From an uncultured virus (IMG/VR IMGVR_UViG_3300046385_000116) (Duplodnaviria > Heunggongvirae > Uroviricota > Caudoviricetes): a stretch of 64,000 nt of DNA. The position numbers and the translations under genes are program-made. Shown here piece by piece: positions 9,828 to 22,500 of this stretch. The stretch lies in the IMG/VR virus record IMGVR_UViG_3300046385_000116; one strand, written 5' to 3'. Position 1 is the stretch's first letter. Every line of letters begins with the position of its first letter. Under the pieces are notes generated by a model. That model was not told the DNA's origin and did no database searches. It worked only from the letters and a program-made list of their open reading frames with translations.

Positions 9828-11497
9828 GATTTCATGTGTTATCGTTACCACATACAGTTTCAAGTAAAGAGTATGTAGCTTGTGCTTATACACAAAAGGC
9901 AGTTAAATTTGCCAAGATGATGACGGATAGAGGACATACTGTTATACATTATGGTCATGAAGATTCCGATTTACAATGTACAGAACACGTGACTGTAACA
10001 ACAAACAAAGATTTAGAAATTGCATATGGCAATTATGATTGGCGTAAAAACTTTTTTAAGTTTGACACGGGTGACCACGCATATCAAACATTTTATAAGA
10101 ACGCAATTATAGAAGTTGGTAAAAGAAAACAACCTAACGATTTTATTTTACCGTTTTGGGGTGCAGGAGTAAGACCTGTTTGTGATGCACATCCAGATTT
10201 AATTTGTGTAGAACCAGGAATTGGTTATGCTGGTGGCCATTGGGCTCGTTGGAAGATTTTTGAATCATATGCAATCTATCATGCATATTATGGATTAACG
10301 GCAGTAGGTCAATGCAAACAGGATTGGTATGATGTTGTCATTCCGAATTATTTTAATCCTGACGATTTTGAATATGCACCTCAAAAGAAAGAAGATTATT
10401 ATTTATTTTTAGGTAGAGTGTATACAGGTAAGGGTGTAGAAATTGCCATACAAGTAACAGAAAAAATAGGTGCAAAATTAATTATTGCTGGACAGAATCC
10501 AGATAATATGGAATTTCCATCTCATGTTGAATTTGTAGGTTATGCTGATATACCAAAAAGAAAAGAATTGATGTCGAAGGCTAAAGCAGCTTTTGTTCCA
10601 TCACAGTATGTAGAACCTTTTGGTGGTGTTCAAGTTGAATGTTTGTTTTCCGGCACACCAACAATCACAACAGATTGGGGTTCATTTACAGAAAACAATA
10701 TTCATGGTGTAACAGGTTATCGTTGCAGAACATTTGACCAATTTGTATGGGCTGCAAAGAACATTGACAAAATTAAACCATCAGATTGCCGACAGTTTGC
10801 AATTAATAATTTTTCATTGGAGGCTGTTGCTGCCAAGTATGAAGAATATTTCCAAATGGTAATGGATGTTTATGGTAAACAAGGTTGGTATGAACCTCAC
10901 CCTGAAAGACAAAATCTCGATTGGTTGAAAAAAGAATATCCGTACATGGAAGAAAAGATTGATTATGAAGCAATCTACAAAGAAGAAAGACCATTTGCTG
11001 ATAGATTGGCGACATGGATTAAAGATGAGATTCAACCTAAAAAAGTATTAGATTTAGGTTCAGGACCAGGAATTCATGTGTATGCTTTAGATGATGCTGG
11101 TGTAAATGTGATGGGTGTTGATATTGATGAAAGAGTTGATGGTAGAAATCTATTAGTTAAAGACAGTTTATTGGAACTTAATGGTAAGTATACTGCCGAC
11201 ACAGTTATCTGTTTTGAGGTTCTAGAACATATAGACCCACAGTATGGTGATGAAGCTGTACGAAACATTTATGAAGCTATGGAACCAGGTGGAACATTAA
11301 TATTTACAGCTGCACAACCAGGTCAAGGTGGTGTAGGACATATCAATAATAGACCAAAGAGGTTTTGGGCAGAAAAATTTGAAAATATTGGTCTAAAACA
11401 AGACAAGAAATTAGCTAAAAAGTTAGTAGAATATTGTAGACAAGGATATCATATGGGATGGTTCGTTAATAATGTTTTGATATTTCATAAGACATAA
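9824..11497 (+). CDS. GT4 (GT-B) glycosyltransferase fused to a class I SAM methyltransferase
   Basis: FLGRV..GKG and EPFGGVQVE...GTP GT4 motifs; C-terminal VLDLGSGPG ... CFEVLEHI ... GHIN methyltransferase domain. Confidence 0.88.
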   Translation: MRFHVLSLPHTVSSKEYVACAYTQKAVKFAKMMTDRGHTVIHYGHEDSDLQCTEHVTVTTNKDLEIAYGNYDWRKNFFKFDTGDHAYQTFYKNAIIEVGKRKQPNDFILPFWGAGVRPVCDAHPDLICVEPGIGYAGGHWARWKIFESYAIYHAYYGLTAVGQCKQDWYDVVIPNYFNPDDFEYAPQKKEDYYLFLGRVYTGKGVEIAIQVTEKIGAKLIIAGQNPDNMEFPSHVEFVGYADIPKRKELMSKAKAAFVPSQYVEPFGGVQVECLFSGTPTITTDWGSFTENNIHGVTGYRCRTFDQFVWAAKNIDKIKPSDCRQFAINNFSLEAVAAKYEEYFQMVMDVYGKQGWYEPHPERQNLDWLKKEYPYMEEKIDYEAIYKEERPFADRLATWIKDEIQPKKVLDLGSGPGIHVYALDDAGVNVMGVDIDERVDGRNLLVKDSLLELNGKYTADTVICFEVLEHIDPQYGDEAVRNIYEAMEPGGTLIFTAAQPGQGGVGHINNRPKRFWAEKFENIGLKQDKKLAKKLVEYCRQGYHMGWFVNNVLIFHKT

Positions 11498-11537
11498 ATA
11501 CACAATAAACTCAAAATAATAAAAAGGGTAATAAACC

Positions 11538-14500
11538 TTGGCGGCAAATAATTCCACATTCATTATAGAAAATGGTCTATCGATATCCGGTAATACGGTT
11601 ATCGATGCTGGTGGCAATTGGGTAGGTCCCGTATCTACACTTACAGGTGCCACAGGTGCAACTGGTCCTATTCCCGATACTATCACTTATACTCCATTGT
11701 ATATTACAATGGATCCAACACAGGTCACAGTACCTTCAGTCGGAACATCAACAACATACGGAACATACAATTTCGGTGATGTTACAAGTATTCAAACATA
11801 TGGTGATTATAATACTTCAGCTAATACTGGATTCTATAGCGTCAATGATGCTCCAGGCGCTCCCGCCCATGTTGAGTATATCGGTTTTACTTCTGTTCCA
11901 GAATTCAATAGACTCGTCTTAAATATAAACTATACTGCTCAGTCAGGACATATACAAGACATTGATTTGTATAACTATTCGACTGATGCTTGGGATACAT
12001 TTGGAACATTCTCAGGTTCAGGCACTTGGCAACAAATAGCTTTAGGTGTTATTGACCATACTCCTTATATTAGTAGTGGTAGTAGTAACGTAACTATGCG
12101 TATCTACCACGTTAATAGTGGTAATACTTCACACAGAACATGGATTGATTATATTGCGGTAGAAAAATCTATTGCTGGTGGTCAAGGTCCTCAAGGTAGA
12201 ACAGGTGCAACAGGTGTTACTGGAGCTTCAGGTGCTACAGGAACTCAAGGCGCTAGCGGTTCAACAGGACCTCAAGGTATTCAAGGTGCCTCAGGTATTC
12301 AAGGTGCTTCAGGTTCAACTGGTGTACAAGGTGCTTCAGGTTCAACTGGTCTTACAGGGGCAACAGGTGTTCAAGGTGAACAAGGTGCTAGTGGTTCTAC
12401 AGGATTTACGGGAGCTACTGGTACACAAGGTGCTAGTGGTTCAACTGGTGTACAAGGTGCTAGTGGTTCGACAGGATTTACCGGTGCAACAGGTTCAACT
12501 GGTGTACAAGGTGCCAGTGGTTCAACAGGTATCGATGGTGCTAGTGGTGCAACAGGTACTCAAGGTGCTTCAGGCTCAACAGGATTAACCGGTGCAACAG
12601 GACCACAAGGTATACAAGGTGCTAGTGGTTCTACAGGTTTAACTGGAGCTACTGGTTCTACCGGTGTTCAAGGTTCTAGTGGTTCAACAGGATTTACTGG
12701 CTCTACAGGTTCTACAGGACCAGGTTATAATAATTTAATTTCAACTTCTACAAATTTTGCAACAGGTTCCGGTACACTATCTTTTGCAACAAATTTAAGT
12801 AATACACAATCTGCTTTTACCGCATCACAAAGAGTTAGAATAGCAAACACTGCTGGCATTTTTGTTGAAGGTACAATATCTTCATTCGATGGATCCACAC
12901 TAGTATTAAATTCAGATTATGCTGTTGGTGCTTCTGGCCCACATAGTGTGTGGACAATTTCAAGTGCTGGTGAAATAGGTTCAACTGGTCTAACAGGAGC
13001 TACCGGTGTTCAAGGTGCTTCTGGTTCTACAGGAGTTCAAGGTGCTAGCGGCTCAACAGGTTTAACTGGAGCTACAGGAATTCAAGGTGCTTCTGGTTCA
13101 ACAGGATTAACAGGTGCCACCGGTGTTCAAGGTGCATCTGGTGCTAGTGGTTCAACTGGACCACAAGGTGGTATTGGTTTAACAGGTGCCACAGGAGCTC
13201 AAGGTGCTTCAGGTGTTACTGGAAATACAGGTGCTACAGGTTCTACTGGTGTGCAAGGTGCTTCTGGTTCAACAGGATTTACTGGTGCAACCGGTACTCA
13301 AGGTGCCAGTGGTTCTACAGGTACTCAAGGTGCTAGTGGTTCCACGGGTGTGCAAGGTGCCTCAGGTTCAACAGGTTTAACAGGCGCTACTGGAGTTCAA
13401 GGTGCCAGTGGCTCTACAGGTTTAACAGGAGCTACAGGAACTCAAGGTGCTTCAGGTTCTACTGGACCTACTGGTACAATTAGTGCAACCAGTGATTATA
13501 TTATAACCACAAACACAAGTCCATCAACATCAAATACCGATTCAACAGCTGCATTACAAGTTGCTGGTGGTGCAGCTATTTCTGGTAATGTCTATGCTGA
13601 TAAGATTTACACTACAGGTTTATATTATTCTGCAAATGGAGAACCAATACAAACTGGTGGTGGCGGTTTAGCTCCATGGATTAAAATAACAACATCACAA
13701 ACATTAAATGTTGCTTCACAATACCTAGCAAATACAATTACAGGTTCATTTGATGTTACATTACCAGCATCACCAGCATTAGGTGATACAGTTGTTATTG
13801 CTGATGATTGGTTCTGGCAAACAAATAATTTAAATGTTTTACGAAATGGTAATACAATTGAAGGACAATCACAAGATTTAGTTCTCGATGTATCAAGTGT
13901 TATAGTGTATATTATCTATAATGGTGATACTTGGCAAGTTGTATCAACAGTTGGTGCTGTTGGTGCTTCAGGTCCTACTGGTTCTCAAGGTGCCACTGGT
14001 TTACAAGGTGCTTCAGGATCCACAGGTCTAACAGGAACTACAGGTGTTACTGGTGCTTCAGGTTCTACAGGTGTACAAGGTGCTTCCGGTTCTACAGGTC
14101 TTACTGGTGCAACTGGTGCTCAAGGTATACAAGGTGCTAGTGGTTCTACCGGAGTTCAAGGTGCCAGTGGTTCTACCGGTGTTCAAGGTGCTTCAGGTTC
14201 TACTGGTGTACAAGGTGCTTCAGGTTCTACTGGTGTACAAGGTGCCAGTGGTTCTACCGGTGTTCAAGGTGCTTCAGGTTCTACTGGTGTACAAGGTGCC
14301 AGTGGTTCTACCGGTGTTCAAGGTGCTTCTGGTACACAAGGCGCCTCAGGAACACAAGGTATTCAAGGTTCTTCAGGCTCAACAGGTTTAACTGGTGCTA
14401 CTGGTGTTCAAGGTCCTACAGGTGGTGCTTCAGGTCCACCAGGTGCCACAGGTCCTACAGGTGCAACTGGAGTAGCAGGATTTTCAGGTGCTTCAGGTTC

Positions 14501-15182
14501 TACAGGACCAGTTCTATCGACTTATTCCAATGTTTCAACAAATACTTCTGTTCTTGTGGGACAAGCTATTTTAGCAAACACTTCAGCAGGACAATTCACG
14601 TTAACATTCCCAGCATCACCATCTACAGGAGATTCAATTCGTGTTGTTGATGGATGGGATTTTTCAATTAACAATTTATTAATTTCTCCAAATGGAAATT
14701 CATTTGAAGGTATATCGGACACTTTAGCTTTAAATGCTAAAGGTATAGAAGTTATATTTGCTTGGTCTGGTGCAACATGGAAAGTTTATCCGACACTAGG
14801 TAAAAAAGGAGCAACCGGTCCTACACCATCAATAGTTAAAACTATGAATATCATTATCGATGGTAATGGTTCTGTGGTATCAACAGGTTCAAAAGCAAAC
14901 GTGTTTTTTGATTATGCAGCCACAATAAATTCATGGGCAATTTTAAACGATGTTACTAGTTCAACAACAGTCAACGTATCAAAGGCAACCTACACAAACT
15001 ATCCAACATTTACTGCTTCAGGTGGTACAAGTCCTGGTGTAACTTCTGGTGTTAAAAATTCAGGCACAATCGATTGGTCTGGATTCACAACAGTAAGTGC
15101 CAATGATGTATTGCGATTCACTGTAAGTACTAATTCAGCCGCAACGAAAATAGCATTATCTTTGAAATTAACAACTTTATAA
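11538..15182 (+). CDS. collagen-like (Gly-X-Y) fibre protein with globular inserts
   Basis: Three long G-X-Y tracts ([15 protein letters not shown]) separated by globular domains, including two 'ANT..G.F..T.PASP..GD' fibre domains. TTG start after CATAAATA. Confidence 0.85.
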   Translation: MAANNSTFIIENGLSISGNTVIDAGGNWVGPVSTLTGATGATGPIPDTITYTPLYITMDPTQVTVPSVGTSTTYGTYNFGDVTSIQTYGDYNTSANTGFYSVNDAPGAPAHVEYIGFTSVPEFNRLVLNINYTAQSGHIQDIDLYNYSTDAWDTFGTFSGSGTWQQIALGVIDHTPYISSGSSNVTMRIYHVNSGNTSHRTWIDYIAVEKSIAGGQGPQGRTGATGVTGASGATGTQGASGSTGPQGIQGASGIQGASGSTGVQGASGSTGLTGATGVQGEQGASGSTGFTGATGTQGASGSTGVQGASGSTGFTGATGSTGVQGASGSTGIDGASGATGTQGASGSTGLTGATGPQGIQGASGSTGLTGATGSTGVQGSSGSTGFTGSTGSTGPGYNNLISTSTNFATGSGTLSFATNLSNTQSAFTASQRVRIANTAGIFVEGTISSFDGSTLVLNSDYAVGASGPHSVWTISSAGEIGSTGLTGATGVQGASGSTGVQGASGSTGLTGATGIQGASGSTGLTGATGVQGASGASGSTGPQGGIGLTGATGAQGASGVTGNTGATGSTGVQGASGSTGFTGATGTQGASGSTGTQGASGSTGVQGASGSTGLTGATGVQGASGSTGLTGATGTQGASGSTGPTGTISATSDYIITTNTSPSTSNTDSTAALQVAGGAAISGNVYADKIYTTGLYYSANGEPIQTGGGGLAPWIKITTSQTLNVASQYLANTITGSFDVTLPASPALGDTVVIADDWFWQTNNLNVLRNGNTIEGQSQDLVLDVSSVIVYIIYNGDTWQVVSTVGAVGASGPTGSQGATGLQGASGSTGLTGTTGVTGASGSTGVQGASGSTGLTGATGAQGIQGASGSTGVQGASGSTGVQGASGSTGVQGASGSTGVQGASGSTGVQGASGSTGVQGASGSTGVQGASGTQGASGTQGIQGSSGSTGLTGATGVQGPTGGASGPPGATGPTGATGVAGFSGASGSTGPVLSTYSNVSTNTSVLVGQAILANTSAGQFTLTFPASPSTGDSIRVVDGWDFSINNLLISPNGNSFEGISDTLALNAKGIEVIFAWSGATWKVYPTLGKKGATGPTPSIVKTMNIIIDGNGSVVSTGSKANVFFDYAATINSWAILNDVTSSTTVNVSKATYTNYPTFTASGGTSPGVTSGVKNSGTIDWSGFTTVSANDVLRFTVSTNSAATKIALSLKLTTL

Positions 15183-15183
15183 T

Positions 15184-15483
15184 ATGAAAATACCTACGAG
15201 AGACCGTACAGTTTTTATTATAGAACAGGAACCAGGTAGAGTTGTATATGAAACAATACTTGGTGAAAAATGGGAAATATTAGGCACATGCAATCAATGT
15301 GGATTATGTGAAGTAGGAAGTTCGGATCCACAGATATTTTGGGTTGAAGGAAAACAACCTGGAGAACCTGGAGCCTGTTATAATATTTTGGGAGAAGAAC
15401 GATTAGATAATCCTTGCAGACCTGAAATCAAACAAAATTTTCCTGAATGTACATTGAGTGGAAATTATTTGAATGGCAACTAG
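15184..15483 (+). CDS. small Cys-rich putative metal/Fe-S-binding protein
   Basis: CNQCGLC ... C ... PCRP ... FPEC. Confidence 0.6.
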   Translation: MKIPTRDRTVFIIEQEPGRVVYETILGEKWEILGTCNQCGLCEVGSSDPQIFWVEGKQPGEPGACYNILGEERLDNPCRPEIKQNFPECTLSGNYLNGN

Positions 15484-17107
15484 ATTATATCTACACGATT
15501 CTAGGTATGCTGTTGATACATTTACAGGTAAATATAACCAAGGTGCTAGAAACACCGTTATGTATGGTGGATTCTATGATGATACCTCAGGAGTTCATGT
15601 TGTCTGTGGTCAAGGAGCCGGAACAACCGATACAGCTGCATTATTAAAATCAACTAACGGATATGATTGGCGTCAAGGTCAATTATCAGGAGGTGGTGTA
15701 ATACCGCCTGATTCCTTTTCTCAAGTTACTTATGGTAATGGTGTATGGGTAGCAATTGATGTTATAGGTAAAATTTATTCTTCGACTGATGCATTTAATT
15801 GGACATTACGATTTACTGATACTAGTGCTAGATTTTTTGAAAAGGTTGTTTATAAAAATGGAACATTTGTAGCTGTTGGTGACACTAATACTGGTGTTAA
15901 TGGAATCATCGCTGTATCAACAGACGGAACAACTTGGTCGCTGGCAACAAACGCAAACGGCACAAATATTATTGGTGTTGATTATTCCCCCACATTAAAT
16001 CTTTGGTTAGCTGTTGGTAGTACTGGTGGTATATGGACAGCAACAAATCCGGCTGGCACATGGTCATATACAACTGTAGGGTCGGTTAGTAGGTATTGTG
16101 TTATATGGGATGCAGTTAATAGTTTATGGATTGCTGGTGGCATCAATGCTTTATTAGAAACATCAACAAATGGCACTACATGGACATCTAGGTCTCCAGC
16201 TGGATTATCAGCAACTGCCGACATATGGTCTATTGACGAAATAACTGGTTCTGGTATTGTGGCTGGTGGTACAGAAGGTACAATTTTAACATCCACCAAC
16301 GGAACAACTTGGACTATTAAATCACCCGGTACTAATCCTTTACCTGATGCAGTCGATTCTATTTACGCCGTTTGGTATGGAGAATCTGGTTCTGTGTATG
16401 TTACTGGTGGTGTTAGTATGATTTATAAATCCACCGATTTTTGCAATACATGGACAACAGTTGGTTCTGAATTATCAACTGCAACACCTGATGCAGATTC
16501 AACAAGTGCATTAGACCAATATGCATCAGAATTGAGGTTGATGAATACATCCCTTGGTGCAGGTCAAAATACTAGTGTATCAACGTCAGCATCAATATCA
16601 GGTACAGCACAACAACAACTATGTGGAATGTTTGCTAGTTTACCATTAAGTACAGCTCAAACTGTTGGTGGTGGTACAATGATATTGAATACTGCACAAA
16701 GCGGATCCTCAGCTGCAGCTGCATTTTCTGTAAACTCTCTTAACATATATGTATGGAGACCTAGTACGGGAGCAATTGTTGGTTATGTTAGAGATTCCGG
16801 AAGTGCATCGCTTGGTGGTGGCACTGGTGGTACTGGTGAAACAGTACAACATATAACAGATATTACAACAAGTGCCGTATCTGCACAAAAAGGTGACATC
16901 ATTGTATGTGAAATATGGGCAAATTCTACACAGACTATGGCATCACCCTATACTTGTACTTTTTACTTTGATGGTACTACTGCCACTACAACACAAGGAA
17001 CTACGGTTACAAATCATGCTTCATTTATTGAATTGGCCGAAACACTAACATTTAGTGCAACCCCAGTTACTTTAGGTTTTGAAACTGTATGGGTATTTAC
17101 AACATAA
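15473..17107 (+). CDS. beta-propeller (BNR/Asp-box-like repeats) virion protein with C-terminal beta domain
   Basis: Repeated S(T)(N/D)GxxW Asp-box-like motifs. Confidence 0.7.
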   Translation: MATRLYLHDSRYAVDTFTGKYNQGARNTVMYGGFYDDTSGVHVVCGQGAGTTDTAALLKSTNGYDWRQGQLSGGGVIPPDSFSQVTYGNGVWVAIDVIGKIYSSTDAFNWTLRFTDTSARFFEKVVYKNGTFVAVGDTNTGVNGIIAVSTDGTTWSLATNANGTNIIGVDYSPTLNLWLAVGSTGGIWTATNPAGTWSYTTVGSVSRYCVIWDAVNSLWIAGGINALLETSTNGTTWTSRSPAGLSATADIWSIDEITGSGIVAGGTEGTILTSTNGTTWTIKSPGTNPLPDAVDSIYAVWYGESGSVYVTGGVSMIYKSTDFCNTWTTVGSELSTATPDADSTSALDQYASELRLMNTSLGAGQNTSVSTSASISGTAQQQLCGMFASLPLSTAQTVGGGTMILNTAQSGSSAAAAFSVNSLNIYVWRPSTGAIVGYVRDSGSASLGGGTGGTGETVQHITDITTSAVSAQKGDIIVCEIWANSTQTMASPYTCTFYFDGTTATTTQGTTVTNHASFIELAETLTFSATPVTLGFETVWVFTT

Positions 17108-17134
17108 ATATAGAATAACAAATCTTTTTAAAAA

Positions 17135-17332
17135 ATGACAATATTCATAACCGATTTAGCTACTGCCGATTTAGTTGGCGCAACTGGAGCCACAGGTCCT
17201 GCTGGAGCTACAGGTCCAGCAGGTATAACAGGAGCATCAGGTGCTACCGGTGTTTTACCTTATAATTTTACAGTAGGACCAACACAACCATCAACACCAA
17301 GTCTTTATGATATTTGGGTAGATACTAATTAA
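17135..17332 (+). CDS. mini collagen-like protein
   Basis: Short G-X-Y tract and C-terminal 'P..P...DIWVDT' fibre motif; follows CATAAATA. Confidence 0.6.
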   Translation: MTIFITDLATADLVGATGATGPAGATGPAGITGASGATGVLPYNFTVGPTQPSTPSLYDIWVDTN

Positions 17333-17337
17333 ATAAT

Positions 17338-17523
17338 ATGGCAAAATATAAATTTTTATCATCAGATGTTACCGGAGTGTTAAGTCATATCGTGGCTTAT
17401 GATGCTACAATATTATCTATGACACCAGACGAAAATTATTATATTGTGGAGGTTGATATACAATTTCCCGAAGAAGAATATAATCATTTGGTCGAATCTT
17501 ATGATTTTGTGGAGATAGTCTAA
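17338..17523 (+). CDS. hypothetical protein (acidic)
   Basis: ORF packed between fibre-module genes. Confidence 0.5.
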   Translation: MAKYKFLSSDVTGVLSHIVAYDATILSMTPDENYYIVEVDIQFPEEEYNHLVESYDFVEIV

Positions 17524-18377
17524 TGGGTTTATTAGTTCCTGCCGGTCAAGACTTTCAATGGTATTATTCTAATACATTAACAACACGACCAAACGTAACA
17601 GCATTTGGTACATCAATAACTCCGGCAGTTGCACCAACTTTTGGTGCATGGACGCAAGTAGCTACAGCAGCTAATATTGCAAATGATGTTTATGGAGTAT
17701 TAATTTGTATAAACAACGCTGCCACATCTGCGGCAACAAGAAACATACTAATGGACCTTGGTGTTGATAATGCAGGTGGTACTACATACCTCACTAAAAT
17801 TCCATATCTACAAGGCGGAAGTGCTGCACCATATGGCACATCATTAGGTGGTATTTGGTATTATTTTCCACTGTATATCAATCGTGGTAGTTCTGTGGCT
17901 GTAAGAGCAATGGGTACTACAACAGCGGCATTCAACTGTTCGGTTTATTTTTATGGACAACCTAGGAGACCTGATGCCGTTCGAGCCGGTTCATATGTTG
18001 ATGCTTATGGATTCAATACCACAGGTGCATTAGGTACAGCAGTTACTCCAGGAACTACCGCAGAAGGAACCTGGACACAATTAGGAACCACAACATCAAG
18101 TTACTGGTGGTGGCAATGTGGATTTAATGTAAACGATACAACAATGACAGCTGCCACTATCCATGCGGATTTATCCGCAGGAACCGCAGCACAGAAAAAG
18201 ATTTTATTTGAAAATCAACTTTGGCAAACAACTGCTGCAGAACAAACAAGTTGTGCCATTAATACGGCCAATGCATATAACAATACCGCATCGGGTGATA
18301 TTATCTATGGTCGTCTACAACATTCCAGTACTGCCGATACGGGTAATGCAATGATAGCATATGGTTTAGGAGGATAA
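17523..18377 (+). CDS. putative virion fibre/receptor-binding protein (two related beta domains)
   Basis: Internal duplication (GT.(I/V)TP......G.WTQ twice); Thr/Ala/Gly-rich; located in the fibre module. Confidence 0.55.
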   Translation: MGLLVPAGQDFQWYYSNTLTTRPNVTAFGTSITPAVAPTFGAWTQVATAANIANDVYGVLICINNAATSAATRNILMDLGVDNAGGTTYLTKIPYLQGGSAAPYGTSLGGIWYYFPLYINRGSSVAVRAMGTTTAAFNCSVYFYGQPRRPDAVRAGSYVDAYGFNTTGALGTAVTPGTTAEGTWTQLGTTTSSYWWWQCGFNVNDTTMTAATIHADLSAGTAAQKKILFENQLWQTTAAEQTSCAINTANAYNNTASGDIIYGRLQHSSTADTGNAMIAYGLGG

Positions 18378-18378
18378 A

Positions 18379-18723
18379 ATGGCAATTACAGAAGCTTATA
18401 CAGGCACAGCAACAATATCAACTACAGAAATTAGTTTAGTTTCTGGTACTACTACACTTCAATCTATTACAACACCGGCAGTCATACAAGTCTTTATTGA
18501 TACTGCAAACATGGTTGCAGGTGATGAGTATTTAATTCAAATTAAAGATAAAGTTATTAGTGGTGGAACACAAAGAACAATATATTCAGCAACATTAGAT
18601 GGAGTTCAAAGTTCTCCGTTTGTTACACCAACATTAATATTATATCATGGTTGGGACATTACTATGGACTTAATAACAGGTACTGGTAGAAGTATTTCAT
18701 GGTCTATTCGTAAGGTTGGATAA
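18379..18723 (+). CDS. putative virion structural protein
   Basis: Thr-rich beta-type ORF with AGGAGG SD. Confidence 0.55.
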   Translation: MAITEAYTGTATISTTEISLVSGTTTLQSITTPAVIQVFIDTANMVAGDEYLIQIKDKVISGGTQRTIYSATLDGVQSSPFVTPTLILYHGWDITMDLITGTGRSISWSIRKVG

Positions 18724-18726
18724 TAA

Positions 18727-18927
18727 ATGGCTTGGTTATATCAACCGTTACTACCAGCAGCTACCGATTTACTATCAACACCCTCCACTGATGGTTTTGT
18801 TAAGTACTATGATGGTAGTCAATGGTTGTTAAAACCTTTTAAAATTTATGATGGTTCAACTTGGGTAACAAAACCCGTAAAATTTTGGGATGGTTCACAG
18901 TGGGTTCCTACTACATCTCCTCCTTAA
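18727..18927 (+). CDS. small fibre-associated protein with (Y/W)DGSxW repeats
   Basis: KYYDGSQW, KIYDGSTW, KFWDGSQW. Confidence 0.6.
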   Translation: MAWLYQPLLPAATDLLSTPSTDGFVKYYDGSQWLLKPFKIYDGSTWVTKPVKFWDGSQWVPTTSPP

Positions 18928-18962
18928 TCAGTCATAAATAAGAATATAATAATTAAAAAAAT

Positions 18963-19499
18963 ATGTCTATCAATTTAAGTTCTCTTGCTACTTCCGCATT
19001 AACAGGTCCATTTGGTGCTACCGGTTCAACTGGTCCACAAGGTGCTACTGGTGTTCAAGGTGCATCTGGCTCAACAGGCTTAACTGGTGCTACTGGTGTT
19101 CAAGGTCCAACAGGTGGTGCTTCAGGTCCACAAGGTGCAACCGGTTTATCTGGCTCAACAGGTCCAGGTGGTGCTGATTCAGTAACATCAATATCTATTT
19201 CCAGTGGTACTCTTGCAGTTGATATCTCTCAAGGTCCTGTTTACAACCTTACATTAAATCAAAATATTACATCAATTACATTTTCAAATTTAAACGCTTC
19301 CAATAAAGTCAGTACGGCAATATTAATAGTAACATACAATGGTACTGCATATAGTATCGTATGGCCAGCCAACGTGGAATGGCCAAACGGTGTGGCACCA
19401 ACTCTTACAACAACAAACGGCAAAAAGGACATATTCTCGTTGTTTACATCCGATTACGGAACAACTTGGAATGCAATCATCTCCGGTCAAAACCTTTAA
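18963..19499 (+). CDS. short collagen-like protein with C-terminal fibre domain
   Basis: G-X-Y tract followed by '[16 protein letters not shown]....KKDIFS...D.GTTW'. Confidence 0.7.
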   Translation: MSINLSSLATSALTGPFGATGSTGPQGATGVQGASGSTGLTGATGVQGPTGGASGPQGATGLSGSTGPGGADSVTSISISSGTLAVDISQGPVYNLTLNQNITSITFSNLNASNKVSTAILIVTYNGTAYSIVWPANVEWPNGVAPTLTTTNGKKDIFSLFTSDYGTTWNAIISGQNL

Positions 19500-19509
19500 G
19501 GTGTCATAG

Positions 19510-22500
19510 ATGTTATTGAATTATATTCTAACGCCTTCAGCAAATGTAGTAAACAATTCAAGTAATACATCACTATATGTTTGGGGTGATAATTCTGGTG
19601 GTCAATTAGGCACCGGTGATATTTCAACTTTGTCATATACTCAGCCTGTTGCGGTTACCAACTTTCTTCAAGGCAATTCATTTTCACAAATCAAAGCAGG
19701 TAGTTCTCATGCGTTAGCAATCGATACCAATAATCGTTTGTGGGCATGGGGTGATAATACTTTTGGCCAAATTGGTGATGGTACAAGTGGTTCAGCAGCC
19801 GATGCTTGGAAACCAGAACTGATTGAGATTGGTGGTAATTGGTACAGAGAAGTTTCCGCTGGTGGTTCACATACGGCTGCCATAAAAAATTCAGACAGTT
19901 CTCTATGGATATGGGGACTGAATAGTTCTGGTCAATTGGGTGATGGTACAACAATTAATAAATCTAGTCCGGTACAAGTTACGGCACAAGGTGATATTAC
20001 CGACACTAGAGGTTCATGGAAATATATTTCGTCCATTTCTTCTCATACAGCAGCTATTCGTTCTTCTGATTCTTCATTATGGGCATGGGGACTTAATGCT
20101 AATGGCCAATTAGGTGATGGAACCACCATAGATAAATTTTCTCCAGTTAAGATAGGAAATAGTAGCTGGAGTATGGTAAATGGTGGTGAATTAAATACAA
20201 CTGCTATAGACATTACTGGTGCTTTATATGCATGGGGACTTAATACTTCTGGCCAACTAGGTGATGGTACCACCATAGACAAATCCTCTCCAATACAAAT
20301 AGGAAGTTCTAGCTGGAGTATGGTGAGTGGTGGTGGTTCTCATACAACTGCTATAGACATTACTGGTGCTTTATATGCATGGGGATTTAATAGTTCTGGT
20401 CAATTAGGTGATGGTACCACCACCAACAAATCTTCTCCAGTAAAAATAGGAAGTTCCAGCTGGAGTATGGTAAGTGGTGGTGGTTTACATACAATTGCTA
20501 TAGACATTACTGGTGCTTTATATGCATGGGGAAGTAATCTTTATGGTCAACTAGGTGATGGTACCACCATAGACAAATCTTCTCCAATTAAAATAGGAAG
20601 TTCCAGCTGGAGTATGATAAGTGGTGGTGGTTCTTTAAATACAACTGCTATAGACATTACTGGTGCTTTATATGCATGGGGAAGAAATAATTTTGGTCAA
20701 TTAGGTGATAATACCACCACAAACAAATCTTCTCCAATTAAAATAGGAAGTAATAGCTGGAATATGGTGAATACTGGTAATCACTCAGCAGCTATTGATT
20801 CCACTGGTGCTTTATATACATGGGGAGCTGACACTTCTGGACAATTAGGTGATGGTACCACCACCAATAAATCTTCTCCAGTAAAAATAGGAAGTAGTAG
20901 CTGGAGTATGGTAAGTGTAGGTGTGGTATATTCATTAGCTATAGATGTTACTGGTGCTTTATATGCATGGGGAAGTAATGGTAATGGTCGATTAGGTAAC
21001 AATGACCCACAATATTATGTGTATAATAAATCTTCTCCTGTTTTGGTAGGCCAATATCCATATCAAAGAACAATCACAATCACTTCATGGAAATCTGTAA
21101 GTTGTGGAGTATTACACACAACTGCTATTGCAAATACAGGTATATTGTATACATGGGGAAGTAATGTTTCTGGTCAATTAGGTGATGGAACCACCATTGA
21201 TAAATCTTCTCCAGTGAAGATAGGAAGTAGTAGCTGGGGTATGATAAGTTCTGGTTGGGACAATTCAATGTCTATTGATATTACTGGTGCTTTGTATGCA
21301 TGGGGAGGTAATGGTTCTGGATCATTGGGGGATGGCACCACAGTATTCAAATCCTCTCCAGTAAAAATAGGAAATTCTAGCTGGAGTATGGTGAGTGCTG
21401 GATGGAATAACTTCACAACGGCTATAGATATTACTGGTGCTTTGTATGCATGGGGAAGTAACACTTATGGTACATTAGGAGATGGCACCAAAGTAAATAA
21501 ATCCAGTCCAATAAAAATAGGAAGTTCCAGCTGGAGTATGGTGAGTGCAGGTTATATAGCCGCTTCAGCTATTGATATTACTGGCGCTTTATATACATGG
21601 GGATATAATCTATATGGATCCTTAGGTGATGGTACCACCATTAATAAATCTTCTCCAGTAAAAATAGGAAGTTCTAGTTGGAATATAATAAGTTCTGGTA
21701 AGAATGGTCAAACGGCAGCTATTGACATTACAAGTTCTCTTTATACATGGGGATTAAATTTTAATGGTGAAATGGGAGATGGAACTCTGTTATCCAAATC
21801 ATCTCCTGTAAAAATAGGAACATCGAGTTGGAGTTTAACGAGCGCAGGATTTTATCACACCACGGCAATCAATTCTATTGGTTCAATTTATACATGGGGT
21901 AGAAATACTTCTGGACAATTAGGTGACGGCACCAAAGTAAATAAATCCTCTCCAGTCCAAATCGGACTTTCACAAACATTCTTCAAAGGTATTGGTACTG
22001 CCAATAATACATCACTTGCAATCACAACAGATAATAAACTGTATTCTTGGGGTGATAACTCTCAAGGTCAAGTGGGTGATGGTACAACGGTCAATCGTTC
22101 AAGACCAACACAAATTTACGGAAATTATTTAAGTAATTCTGGTGATTCTTGGAACATGATGATGAGTTCTGGAACACACACAGTAGCTATTCGTTCATCA
22201 GATAATTCATTGTGGATGTGGGGACATAATGGTAATGGTGCATTGGGTGATGGTACCACCACATCCAAATCTTATCCAGTAAAAATAGGATTAAATAGTT
22301 GGAATGTAGTGAATGTGGGTGTCTTCCATACACTGGCGATAAATTCTACTGGTGCTTTATACACATGGGGAAGTTCGGCATCTGGTGCTTTAGGTGATGG
22401 CGCCAACACCAATAAATCTTCTCCAGTATTAATCACAGTTGCAAAACCATTAACATACGATTCATGGAAAATAATATCTTCTGGAAATTCACACACAGTA

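Noticed and set aside
12172..14391. Val/Leu/Gln-rich and Cys/Arg-rich alternate-frame ORFs
   Set aside because: These are frame-shifted readings of the collagen G-X-Y codons.
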